DNA from: Nitrospirota bacterium
GTDB taxonomy: Bacteria; JACPQY01
DNA: 46,489 bases
Assembly (NCBI GenBank): GCA_016180645.1
Contig: JACPAV010000010.1
Location: 62,001-108,489, forward strand
Direction: 5' to 3'
Of this stretch, positions 1 through 9,588 are shown piece by piece. The position numbers were made by a program, and so were the translations under genes. The notes under the pieces were generated by a model. It was not told the DNA's origin, ran no database searches, and saw nothing but the letters and a program-made list of their open reading frames with translations. Positions within the stretch are counted from its first letter, which is position 1. Each line of letters starts with the position of its first letter.

Positions 1-64
1 TACGTCCATCTGCTGGCCGCGGACCTCGCGGCTTCACAAGGACAGTAATCCTCTCCCGGGTACC

Positions 65-1606
65 TTGATCCTTCCGTTCTGGATCGTGCTGGGCGTGGTC
101 TTGCGCCTCCTCGTCGTGCCTCCTGAACCCGGCTTCGATGAGGTGTGGAGGCTTCTTTCGGCCGAAGCACCATGGCCGGATCTCTGGAAACGATCGTTGC
201 TCCTGCTCGGAGGCAACCCGGCCTACCCGGCCTTCTTGAAACTGTTTGGAATTGTCGACGAGGTCTCCCCCTGGAGTCGCTGGCCTGGAATCCTCGCCTT
301 CATGATGGGCATGTGGATGGCTTGGAGGATTTTTCGCCGTTGGTTCGGAAGTCGCATCGCCCAATGGACACTGGTGGCCCTCGCGCTAAGTCCCTTCCAA
401 GTGTTCCACGGTGTTTCGTTGAAGGAGTATTCGATCCTTCTGCCGGTCACTCTCTTGGGGACCTGGCTGGGATGGGAAGCCGCGCAGCCCGGCGGCAGGC
501 GAGGGTGGACGTGGTGCGCGCTTGCCGCGACGGAGGTGCTTGGAGTCCTTCTCGCGTTGCCCACGGCGTGGTTCTGGCTGGCCCTCGGAATCGCTCAGGT
601 GATCGTGCATGGCGTGCGCGGATTCCGATGGAGAAGCTGGATGGCGGCCCATGCCCCGGCCGCCCTGCTGGCGGGATGGACCATTGCTACGTGGAGCCAG
701 GGCTACCTGCCAGGTTTCCTCCATTTCGGCGGAACCGTCCGAAACGACGTCCTCAAATGGGCGACAGACCTCGTGGTGTACGTGCAGGTGTGGGTGTGGG
801 ATCCGCCGGCCCGCGTTCAACTGGGGCTCAGGGGAACCCCGCTCCCCGGAGGAGTGTTCACGGCCTATCACCTCCTTTGGTTCCTCAAACACATCCTGCC
901 ATGGCTGCTCGGACTTCCCATCCTTCTCCTCGGCTTCTTCGGCTGGCGGCGCGGCGCGCCCGTGCAACGGAGCAGCGGAGTTCTTGGATGGTGCTTCATG
1001 CTTGCCGTGGGCCCCGTTCTCGCCTACGGGATCTTTTTCGCGATCCTCGGACATCCCCATCTCATGTACGCTCGGGTATTTTACGGCTCATCCCCTTGCT
1101 TGTATGTGCTTCTTTCAATCGGCGCTGCCCGGTTGAGTGGAGGCGCGAGGTGGGTGATGGCGCCCATCTTGGGCGCCGCCGGAATATCTCTGATTCTGAT
1201 GAGCTTGGGGAGACATCCGGACCAGGAAAGGCCGCTCGGACCGACTCTTCGAAAGTGGGCGTCGGAGCTCGGGAATGGCGAGGTCGCCGCCGTTTTCCCC
1301 TCGGAGGCCTTTCCGTATGTGCGAAAACTCCTCCCGGAACCGGCTCGAGACAGGATCCGTCCGACGGAGATGAGGGCCGCGCGAGCGGACCTCTCCTGGG
1401 GGCCGACGTTGGTCGACCCCCGATACATCGAGGACTTGTCCTCCTGGAGGGATCCGGATGTTCGTTGGCTCCTGGTTGTCCCGTGGGCGCTCCATTGGAA
1501 GGATCCGGAATTGTCGAGCCTGCAAGACGGGCCGGTCGAATGGGATCTCACCGTCGAGAGACCCAACCTTCGCATCTACCGCCGTCGACAGCTGGGGATG
1601 CCATGA
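65..1606 (+). CDS. GT-C fold (ArnT/PMT_2, GT39/83-like) membrane glycosyltransferase, paralog 1
   Basis: Polytopic hydrophobic protein; acidic DE motif after TM1 (GFDEVWR), GGNPAY, SPFQV..LKEYS, C-terminal soluble domain. Frame is open back to position 2, so the true start may lie upstream. Confidence 0.75.
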   Translation: MILPFWIVLGVVLRLLVVPPEPGFDEVWRLLSAEAPWPDLWKRSLLLLGGNPAYPAFLKLFGIVDEVSPWSRWPGILAFMMGMWMAWRIFRRWFGSRIAQWTLVALALSPFQVFHGVSLKEYSILLPVTLLGTWLGWEAAQPGGRRGWTWCALAATEVLGVLLALPTAWFWLALGIAQVIVHGVRGFRWRSWMAAHAPAALLAGWTIATWSQGYLPGFLHFGGTVRNDVLKWATDLVVYVQVWVWDPPARVQLGLRGTPLPGGVFTAYHLLWFLKHILPWLLGLPILLLGFFGWRRGAPVQRSSGVLGWCFMLAVGPVLAYGIFFAILGHPHLMYARVFYGSSPCLYVLLSIGAARLSGGARWVMAPILGAAGISLILMSLGRHPDQERPLGPTLRKWASELGNGEVAAVFPSEAFPYVRKLLPEPARDRIRPTEMRAARADLSWGPTLVDPRYIEDLSSWRDPDVRWLLVVPWALHWKDPELSSLQDGPVEWDLTVERPNLRIYRRRQLGMP

Positions 1607-3165
1607 AGCGCGCGGCCCTGCTCGTGGTTCTCTTCATGTTGGGAGCCGGCGCGCGCGCGTTGTGGCTCCGGAGGGAGCCGACATTCGATGAGGTGTGGCG
1701 GCTTGAGGCGGCGAAAGCAAATGGGAGCGCCCTGTGGGGCGCCTCGGAGAAGCTGTTGGGTGGGAACGTCTTGTACCCGGCGGCCCTGAAGCTGTTTGGG
1801 ATCAGGTCCAAGGAAGGAGTGCGCCCCACACTCGTCATGCTGGCCGCCTTGAGCGCATCGATGGTCATGAGCTACCTCGTCTTCCAATCCATGTTCGGAC
1901 GGAGGGTGGCCACGGGGACGACGGCGCTGGTGGCCCTAAGCCCATTCCAGGTTGTCCATGGCGGTGAGCTGAAGGAGTATTCCCTCTTGCTCCCCTTCGC
2001 GCTCATGGCGGTCTGGGCGGGTTGGGGGTCATGCAGACCCAACGTGCGCCATCGGACATGGGTGCTCCTGTCCCTCTCAGAGACCGCGTGTGTGGGGTTG
2101 GCACTGCCCTCCGCCTATTTCTGCGCTGGATTGGGGCTGACTCAAGCGGTACTGGGCGGACGGGGTCTGTCGTGGACGAAATGGTTTCTGGCCCATCTCC
2201 CCCCCGCGCTTCTGTGCTTGAGCCAAGTCTGGGGCTGGCCCCCCGGCTATGAACGAGGTTTCCTGAACTTTGCCGTGAGCATGGACAATGGCCCGTTGAA
2301 GCTCGCTTCCGACGTGCTCTTCAACGTTGAGTTCTGGCTTTGGTCTCCCACCGTCGTCGAATGGCAACGGCTCTCGCATGAGCCGATGTTCGGAGGACTC
2401 GTGAATGCCGGTGCCTTCGTCCGGTTCCTCAGGGATGTCCTTCCGTGGTTCTTGGGACCTCCGGTGATCTTTGGAGCGATCGCTGGGGTCGTCCACTCTG
2501 GTCGCGGCCATGAACGGGAGGGGGGGAGGGCCGCGCTGTATTGCGGTCTCGTATCATTCATGCCGATCATCGCATACTTCGCCATCTTCGCGATTCGCGG
2601 CGCCCCACACCTGTTCCACCCTAGATCCTTCATGGCGGTAACTCCGGCGCTATACGCACTTCTTGTTCTTGGACTTCTCTCGCTCTCCGGATTAATGAGA
2701 GGGATCGCTCTTGGTGCCCTTGTGTGCGGACTGTTTCTGTCCTTGGCTCTCTTGCTGACGGGGAAGCATCCATCGCTTCTTCCCGATGCACGCCCCCTTC
2801 TCAACCGGGCGTACGAGGGGATGGGAGAGGGGAATGACGTGTGGGTGTACCCAAGCGAAGCCTATCCCTACGTGCTGCATCTTTCTCCCCCACCCGTACG
2901 CCCCCGGTTGCATCCCCTCAACCTCGATCCCAGACGGACGCGACCGGGTTGGGTCCCGACGCTCTTTAACGGCGCGTATCAGGAGGATTTTACCTTACTG
3001 GAGGGGGTGGCGGGGAACCCAGGGCTTATGGTAGTCACTTGGGCCCTGTACTGGCGAGATCGGGACTTGAAGCGGCTCGAGACGACACTCCACGGATGGG
3101 ATCTCGTGGAGTCCCAACCCAACCTCAGATTCTACCGGCGCCTCAGCTCGCCCCGGGGGAGCTAG
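1603..3165 (+). CDS. GT-C membrane glycosyltransferase, paralog 2
   Basis: ATG 1603 overlaps the previous stop (ATGA); TFDEVWR, GGNVLY, SPFQV..LKEYS; collinear with paralog 1. This is the C-terminal 520 aa of ORF 145..3165. Confidence 0.75.
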   Translation: MKRAALLVVLFMLGAGARALWLRREPTFDEVWRLEAAKANGSALWGASEKLLGGNVLYPAALKLFGIRSKEGVRPTLVMLAALSASMVMSYLVFQSMFGRRVATGTTALVALSPFQVVHGGELKEYSLLLPFALMAVWAGWGSCRPNVRHRTWVLLSLSETACVGLALPSAYFCAGLGLTQAVLGGRGLSWTKWFLAHLPPALLCLSQVWGWPPGYERGFLNFAVSMDNGPLKLASDVLFNVEFWLWSPTVVEWQRLSHEPMFGGLVNAGAFVRFLRDVLPWFLGPPVIFGAIAGVVHSGRGHEREGGRAALYCGLVSFMPIIAYFAIFAIRGAPHLFHPRSFMAVTPALYALLVLGLLSLSGLMRGIALGALVCGLFLSLALLLTGKHPSLLPDARPLLNRAYEGMGEGNDVWVYPSEAYPYVLHLSPPPVRPRLHPLNLDPRRTRPGWVPTLFNGAYQEDFTLLEGVAGNPGLMVVTWALYWRDRDLKRLETTLHGWDLVESQPNLRFYRRLSSPRGS

Positions 3166-4620
3166 GTCGGGAGGGGAGTGCGGTGGGGCCTGAAGGATCC
3201 TCAGCGCGGCGGGATTGAGGTTTCCGCGGTCTTTCAGAAGCATGAGCTTCAAAGTGGTCCAAGCCAGTTCGGGGAGGTGGGATTTCCGTGGATGATGGCG
3301 GACGATTCCCAGGAGTCGGCGGGCGTCCAGGTAGAATTCCCGGTAGGCCTCGGCCTGAAGCCGGTACAACCGATCCGTCGAAATCGCGCTCAGATTGAAT
3401 CGTGAATGAAAGTACTCGAAATCCCTGAACGAAGGCTTCTGTGCGCCGGGCTGGATTCGATACCAGTCCCCGAGCGCCGTTCCCGCAAAGGGGGTGACGA
3501 TGAAAAACATGGCCTGGGTGAGCGGCGACCGGACGGCGAAGTCAATCGTCGATCGGATCTCATCCTCGGTCTCGGACGGGAAACCCAGCATGAAGAAACC
3601 GTTCGTGAAAATACCGAGTCTCACCGATTCCTCGATCGTCCACTTCACGCGGTCCAGCTTGAGGTTTTTCTTGATCATGAGTTGCAATCGGGGCGTGACC
3701 GTTTCCACGGCCACGCAGAGGTACTGACAGCCGGCCTCCTTCGACTTTTCGAGGAACTCACGGTCCATCCGATCGCAGCGGAGGCCGTTGGGAAAGTGAA
3801 TCGCCGTCCCAGGACCGCGGGAAGCGATCCCGTCCAGAATGGTCTTGCCTCGACTCAGATCCCAGTTGAAAATATCGTCGACGATTTCAAAGTCCTTGAT
3901 GCCGTAGCGTCCGATGATCTCATCCACTTCGGCGAGCACGTTGTCCGGAGATCGGGGGCGGAAGTCCTTCCCGAAGTTCTCGTGGCAATACGTGCATCGG
4001 TACGGACACCCGCGCGAGGTGAAGAGGGCCATGTAGGGGCGACGGCCCATGGTGCTCATGCTCTTGAGGCTCCCATAGGCATGCACGTCAACCAGATCCC
4101 ACGCCGGGAAGGGAAGGGCATCTAGGTTCTCAATGGCATTCCGGCGCTTGGAGAAGAATACTCCTTTATCCCGTCGGAAGGCGATTCCATCCGTATCTTC
4201 CGGTCGCCCTCCTCCGAACCACTGCTCGACGAATTCGTGGAAGGTTTTCTCGCCCTCACCGATGCACAGGTAGTCGATCCGAGGGTCGGACAGGACTTCC
4301 CTGGGGTAGGACGAGGCGTGCGGACCCCCGACGATCACGGGAGTATCCGGGCAGCAGGCTTTGACTTGCGCCGCCGCCCAGTGCATCGCCGTAGCCTCGG
4401 CCGTCAGGGCACTCAACCCAACCAAGTCCGGTCTGAAGTCACGCAAAGTGTCGACCAATTCGCCGTACGGATGCTGATCGTAGCCAACATCGACAATTCG
4501 TACTTCGTGATGCGAATGCAGCCTCAAATAGGAAGCGAGATACATGAGCCCGAGAGGGGGCGTCATTCCGAAATTGTTGGGCGTGAGATAGCGCGCCTTG
4601 GCAAGTAGAATTTTCCCCAC
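2995..4620 (-). CDS. Cobalamin-binding radical SAM protein (class B methylase-like)
   Basis: PPLGLMYLAS and GGPHAS B12-binding N-domain; SRGCPYRCTYC CxxxCxxC; DDIF, FMLGFPSET. Start uncertain (GTG 4620; ORF open to 4659). Confidence 0.88.
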   Translation of the reverse strand: MGKILLAKARYLTPNNFGMTPPLGLMYLASYLRLHSHHEVRIVDVGYDQHPYGELVDTLRDFRPDLVGLSALTAEATAMHWAAAQVKACCPDTPVIVGGPHASSYPREVLSDPRIDYLCIGEGEKTFHEFVEQWFGGGRPEDTDGIAFRRDKGVFFSKRRNAIENLDALPFPAWDLVDVHAYGSLKSMSTMGRRPYMALFTSRGCPYRCTYCHENFGKDFRPRSPDNVLAEVDEIIGRYGIKDFEIVDDIFNWDLSRGKTILDGIASRGPGTAIHFPNGLRCDRMDREFLEKSKEAGCQYLCVAVETVTPRLQLMIKKNLKLDRVKWTIEESVRLGIFTNGFFMLGFPSETEDEIRSTIDFAVRSPLTQAMFFIVTPFAGTALGDWYRIQPGAQKPSFRDFEYFHSRFNLSAISTDRLYRLQAEAYREFYLDARRLLGIVRHHPRKSHLPELAWTTLKLMLLKDRGNLNPAALRILQAPPHSPPDLAPPGRAEAPVESEVGLGLHEIPSVECRLEPLQVPISPVQGPSDYHKPWVPRHPLQ

Positions 4621-4714
4621 TTCAGGAATCAAAGTACCAGATCGACGCAATGTTGACAAGGCCGTGTTCCAATGCCTGCTTGACGATGATAGGCGTCTAT
4701 GATGTGATCTAAGG

Positions 4715-6346
4715 GTGCGCGTTCTCTTCGTTTTTCGGAATTCGGAGTGGCTTGGAATCGAGTATCTTTCGGCGGTCTTGAAACGTGCGGGCCACGAAAC
4801 GGCCCTGCTTTACCACCCAGGGTGCGGCGAGGTGGAACGTGAAATCCCCTGGCTGGACAAGCTCCAATCCAGGCTGGGGATCGAACGGCTCATGTTGCGG
4901 CGAGCCGACCGTTTTGAACCCGACTTGATCGCCTTCTCATCCACAACCACCTTGTTCCCATGGGTGAAAAAGATGTCCAAGTACCTTAGGGATCGGCTCC
5001 AGGTACCCGTCTTGGTGGGTGGAATCCATCCTACCGTGGCCCCGGAGCACGTCCTGAAACATGACGGTATTGACATGCTGTGTCTGGGTGAAGGTGAGAA
5101 TGCCATCGGCGAACTAGTGGACAGCATGTCCAGAGGTGAGTCTCGGACCGACATTCCCAACCTGTGGTTCAAGCGCGGGGAAACCATCATACGCAATGAG
5201 ATCGGTCCACTGATCCAAGACATGGACAGCCTGCCCTATCCGGACAAGGACATCTATCTGCCCTATGGAATCATCCAGAATCGACTCCATGTGATGACAT
5301 CCAGGGGGTGCCCCTACTCGTGCTCGTACTGCTTCCACAGCTACTATCACGATCTCCACAAGGGGAAGGGGAAGTACTATCGCCGCCATAGCGTTGGCCG
5401 TGTCATCGAAGAGATTCTCCACTTCAGGCGGAAGCTCCGGTTCACTGAGATCTACTTCTATGACGACATCTTCACGATCCATGAACGCTGGGTGCAGGAG
5501 TTCGCGCGGGCCTACAAGAAAGAGGTGGGAGTCCCTTTCAAGATGTTGGTCTACCCCGAGTGGGTCCGAAGGGACACGATGCAGCTCCTCAAGGAGGCAG
5601 GCTGCTACTACGTTGATCTGGGCGTGGAATCCGGGAGCCGGAGGGTCCGGGAGGAGCTGATGAACCGACCGGTTCAGGATGAGAGCATGCACCGCGCGGC
5701 CGCCATCCTCCACGAACTGGGAATCAAGTTTGCGAGCCTCAACATTTTCGGGACTCCGGGAGAGACGGAAGCGGACATGCGCGCAACCTACGAACTGAAC
5801 ATGGAAATGAAACCGACGGGCGCGATCGGGAGCATCCTGTATCCCTTCCCCAGGACGACTTCGTACGATTACGCAAAGGCGAATGGGTTCCTGGATGCGG
5901 AGGGCGATGCGAAAGTGATCGAGGGACTCGGGTCGTACAAGGGATTTCCGGTTACGAAAATTCCTCACGCCGGCGCAGCCCTGAGATACATGCGTCTCCT
6001 TCCGTTGCTGGTCAAAGTGCCACGGGTGTTGCATCCGCTGTTGTTCCGCATGCCGTATTGGAGAGTGTTCGATTTCATCCTCCTGCCGTTCGTTTCGATT
6101 TGGAGGAACTTCTACATTAGGTCCAGGGAATTCGCCGGTGGTTTGTTGGGAAGTTGGCATCTCTACTTGGGTGAGATCTTCCGACGACCTCCACGGAGCC
6201 GGCCGAAGGTTGGGTGGGCAAGCTCTGGGAGGCGTGCGCATGTTGAATTCTCCCCATCCCTCACGGCCCCGCCGCCGATCAGGCTTCTCACGGACGTCGC
6301 GGCACCCGCGGTCACGGATCAATCGGTCGCCCCACCTGCGGCCTGA
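4715..6346 (+). CDS. Cobalamin-binding radical SAM protein (class B methylase-like)
   Basis: LGIEYLSAVLK, GGIHPT, GEGE; SRGCPYSCSYC; DDIF, GVESGS, IFGTPGET. Confidence 0.9.
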   Translation: MRVLFVFRNSEWLGIEYLSAVLKRAGHETALLYHPGCGEVEREIPWLDKLQSRLGIERLMLRRADRFEPDLIAFSSTTTLFPWVKKMSKYLRDRLQVPVLVGGIHPTVAPEHVLKHDGIDMLCLGEGENAIGELVDSMSRGESRTDIPNLWFKRGETIIRNEIGPLIQDMDSLPYPDKDIYLPYGIIQNRLHVMTSRGCPYSCSYCFHSYYHDLHKGKGKYYRRHSVGRVIEEILHFRRKLRFTEIYFYDDIFTIHERWVQEFARAYKKEVGVPFKMLVYPEWVRRDTMQLLKEAGCYYVDLGVESGSRRVREELMNRPVQDESMHRAAAILHELGIKFASLNIFGTPGETEADMRATYELNMEMKPTGAIGSILYPFPRTTSYDYAKANGFLDAEGDAKVIEGLGSYKGFPVTKIPHAGAALRYMRLLPLLVKVPRVLHPLLFRMPYWRVFDFILLPFVSIWRNFYIRSREFAGGLLGSWHLYLGEIFRRPPRSRPKVGWASSGRRAHVEFSPSLTAPPPIRLLTDVAAPAVTDQSVAPPAA

Positions 6347-6502
6347 GCGTGGAGTGGGGGGATCCGCCCCGCAGGCTGTGTTTCAAGAACGTCCGTGTGA
6401 TACAACGCGTGGGTGAGGCGGTCTCGCGCATCGTTCCGAAGGCCTCGGGTGGAAGAAGAGTTGCGAAGTTTCCCCCGCCCTGCTGAATTCTGAGAGAGTC
6501 TG

Positions 6503-8044
6503 ATGTCCCTCCCACCTGCCGTCCGAGCGTTGCTGATCTGGATGCTGGGCATGAGTCTCCGCCTCCCCCTTCTAGGGCGGGAACTGAACCTCGATGAGAT
6601 AAAAAGATGGCAATCGGCGACGGGTCCGCTGGGGGAGCTGTGGGATCGGTCGATCATCCTGCTGGGGGGGAATCCACTCTATTCGCTGTTTCTTAGACCG
6701 TTTTCGGGACTGGAACCGACCGTGTGGATCCGGCTACCCGGATTATTGGCTGGGGCCATGGTTGCGCCGTTGGCCTACGCGATTCTGAGGAAGAATTTCG
6801 GCGAACGGATTGCATTGGGTTCGGCTGCGATACTGGCCTGCTCGCCGTTCCAGGTCGAGCAGGGCGCCCTCCTGAAAGAGTATCCTCTGGCCCTTGTCCC
6901 CGAGACCCTGACGTTGTGGTTTGCGGCAAGACTGGTGGCCGTAGGAGGCGGCCCCGGGCTTTGGGCGGCCATCGCCGCGGCCGAAACGGTTTCCGTTTGG
7001 TTGTCGCTCCCCTCGATCTTCGTTTGGGGTGGGCTGGCGGCGGCCTTGCCCCTGGCGTGGCATCGAACCAAGAAGTTCCCCTGGGGCCATTGGCTTTGCA
7101 GTCAAACCCCTGTGCTTGCGTCTGGGATCGTGACCGCCTTGAGTTGGCCGCATGGAAACGAAGCAGGTTTTCAGCAGGTCGTCGGGCGGCTGCACCTCGA
7201 TCCTCTTTCGCTCGCGGCGCAAGAATTGACCGGCCTGGCCGCGTGGTATCCGAATCTGGATGTACGCTTACAAGACTTTCTGACCGCAATGAATTGGGCG
7301 GATGCCTACGGGCATTTCGAGGGGATCATCAAGATTGTCTATTTTCTTGCCAAGATTGGCCTCGGGGGAGGAGTCGTCATTCTTGTTCTGAGGGCCTGGA
7401 CTCGATATAGCGATAGCGCGCCGCTGAAGCTTTTCGCATGGACGGTGGGGTTGGCCCCCTTCCTCTATTACATCGCGTTCCTCGCGCGTGGCTACGGCCA
7501 TCTTTACTTGCCTCAGGCGTTCCTCGCTTCATCCATGGGGCTGACCACGCTTCTCGCCGCCGGGTTCGAGGCGCTATCGTCCCCATGGAAGAGGATTATC
7601 GGATTGGGGTTGGGGGCGGCCTCCGTGCTGTCGCTGTTGACGCTCTTGGCTGGCGTGTGGCCCCACCCCTACCGCCCCGTCCGGCCCCTCCTGAGCCGAC
7701 TGCCGCACGGTACGCCTGCATGGATTTACCCTGCCGACGCGGTGCACTACATCCGTTACAACGCGCCCCCGCCTAGGAGGAAATCCATCCGTTCTCTCGG
7801 GCCGACCGCGCTGGAGAGGCCGGACACGTGGAAACCGATTTTTGAAATCGCCTCACGGCAAGTCGCGAGGGAAGCGCTTCGAAAACTGCCGAGGGGGGAG
7901 GCCGCGCTTGTGGCCGTGAGGTCCTACCTGCAATGGAGCGATCCGGACCTCGCTGCGGTGGATCCATGCAGATGGGCGCTCGACGCGCAAGATGGGGACG
8001 TGTGGATCTTCAAATCCACGCCACCCAAGGAGAAGTGCCCATGA
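6503..8044 (+). CDS. GT-C membrane glycosyltransferase, paralog 3
   Basis: LNLDEIKRW, GGNPLY, SPFQV..LKEYP, WIYP..A..Y, WSDPDL. Confidence 0.75.
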   Translation: MSLPPAVRALLIWMLGMSLRLPLLGRELNLDEIKRWQSATGPLGELWDRSIILLGGNPLYSLFLRPFSGLEPTVWIRLPGLLAGAMVAPLAYAILRKNFGERIALGSAAILACSPFQVEQGALLKEYPLALVPETLTLWFAARLVAVGGGPGLWAAIAAAETVSVWLSLPSIFVWGGLAAALPLAWHRTKKFPWGHWLCSQTPVLASGIVTALSWPHGNEAGFQQVVGRLHLDPLSLAAQELTGLAAWYPNLDVRLQDFLTAMNWADAYGHFEGIIKIVYFLAKIGLGGGVVILVLRAWTRYSDSAPLKLFAWTVGLAPFLYYIAFLARGYGHLYLPQAFLASSMGLTTLLAAGFEALSSPWKRIIGLGLGAASVLSLLTLLAGVWPHPYRPVRPLLSRLPHGTPAWIYPADAVHYIRYNAPPPRRKSIRSLGPTALERPDTWKPIFEIASRQVAREALRKLPRGEAALVAVRSYLQWSDPDLAAVDPCRWALDAQDGDVWIFKSTPPKEKCP

Positions 8045-9588
8045 CCCGTGAGGGCGGTCCGCACTCCCCCGGCGTACCCGCTTGGGTGTGGGGCGCTGCC
8101 GCTGCGAGCGGTCTCGTGGCAGTCTACCTGGCTACCACACAGGACCTTTCATTTGACGAGGCGAACCGCTGGTTTCTTTCGCAAAGACCTCCGGCGGAAA
8201 TCGTCCGCCTCAACGTCAATATCACTCAGGGGAACGAGCTGTTCCTTCTCTTCCTCCACGGGGCGGGTGCGGTCGTGTCGTCTCCCCGCTTCTGGAGGCT
8301 TGTCAGCCTCCTGGCCCACGTCGCGGCGGTGACTCTGTCCTGGCGGATTTTCAGTGAACATTCCGTCCGGACCGCCGGCTTCGTTGCCCTCTGGATCGCC
8401 GCCTCGCCCCTACACCTCTCGGAAGCCTATGATCTGAAGGAATACAGCCTTGGCGTCCTCCTGGGATTGGGGATCGTGCATTTCTCGGCGCCGGGGCGCA
8501 CAACCTCGCTGACGAAGGTTGCGCTGCTGGGTTTGGTGGAGGCGGCCGGGACCGGTGTTACACTTGCGATGTCTCCGTTCTGGGGTGCGGTCGCCCTTGG
8601 CCAAATATGGCTCCAGCCGGGAAAATGGGGTCGGAAAGGGTTGGTTCTCCTGCTCCAGCATCTACCCATGGCCCTCCTCACGGCCTTCACGCTTTGGAGA
8701 TGGGACCCACGATACAAGCCGCTTTTCCGGGTGATGAATGGTGAAATCGTCCGGAACGACCCCTTGAGAATCATTGGTGATTTCTTTGCCCACGTCTACG
8801 TCTGGTCGGGCCTTCCGGGTACGCCGGATGTGAGTCCGTGCGGCTCTCCACCACCGGAATGGTTCTGGCCGGTTTTGGGGATGGGTGCCTGGGTGGTCGG
8901 TGGATCCCTCTTTGTCCTGATCGGGGCCGGCATGGCGGGGCGGGGTGGGAACGACGGTCGGCGACTTGTCCTCTGGTGGGGGTGGCTCGGTCTGGCTCCC
9001 CTCGGTATCTATTATCTTGGATCGCTCCTGCTTGGCTCCCCGCATGTGTACCCGAGTCGAATGTATCTGGCGGCTTCGCCGTTCGTCTTCGGGGCGGTGG
9101 GCGTGGGGATAAGCGCGCTGCCAAAGGCTCTCGGGGCGATCCTGTTCGCGCCGGCCGCCGTCAGTGCCGTTCTCATGATGGGCCTGCTGATTTTCGGGCA
9201 TCATGCCGCTCAGCCCGACCGATTGAAGCGACTTCTCTCGCCATATTCCTCATCCCTCGAACCCCGCGATCCAGTCTACGTCTACCCTGGCGTGGCCTTT
9301 CATCAGGTATTGAGCAATGCGCCCGGGGTGTGGAGGGAACATCTGCGGGCGGTCGGGAACAACATTCTTGAAGAGCCGCTGGGTGACGGCTCCCTGGTGG
9401 CACCCGCCCATGAGAATGAGTTGTCGGTTTGGGCGGACCAACTCTCGTCTCCGGAACAGGGATGGTTGATCCTGTATCCCCAGTTCCTGATCGTGCGGGA
9501 TCCCGCCCGGAGTGTCTTGCGCCGCTCGGGAAAAGAGTGGAGATTGGCGGGGTGCAACCGAACGGCCGCTCTCTACCGGACGCCGTGA
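8041..9588 (+). CDS. GT-C membrane glycosyltransferase, paralog 4
   Basis: ATG 8041 overlaps the previous stop (ATGA); LSFDEANRW, QGNELF, SPLHL..LKEYS, YVYP. Confidence 0.75.
   Translation: MTREGGPHSPGVPAWVWGAAAASGLVAVYLATTQDLSFDEANRWFLSQRPPAEIVRLNVNITQGNELFLLFLHGAGAVVSSPRFWRLVSLLAHVAAVTLSWRIFSEHSVRTAGFVALWIAASPLHLSEAYDLKEYSLGVLLGLGIVHFSAPGRTTSLTKVALLGLVEAAGTGVTLAMSPFWGAVALGQIWLQPGKWGRKGLVLLLQHLPMALLTAFTLWRWDPRYKPLFRVMNGEIVRNDPLRIIGDFFAHVYVWSGLPGTPDVSPCGSPPPEWFWPVLGMGAWVVGGSLFVLIGAGMAGRGGNDGRRLVLWWGWLGLAPLGIYYLGSLLLGSPHVYPSRMYLAASPFVFGAVGVGISALPKALGAILFAPAAVSAVLMMGLLIFGHHAAQPDRLKRLLSPYSSSLEPRDPVYVYPGVAFHQVLSNAPGVWREHLRAVGNNILEEPLGDGSLVAPAHENELSVWADQLSSPEQGWLILYPQFLIVRDPARSVLRRSGKEWRLAGCNRTAALYRTP

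Noticed and set aside
145-1602. N-terminal 486 aa of the 1006-aa ORF 145..3165
   Set aside because: Off-frame shadow of GT-C paralog 1 with Arg/Pro/Gly-rich composition; the real gene starts at the ATGA overlap at 1603.
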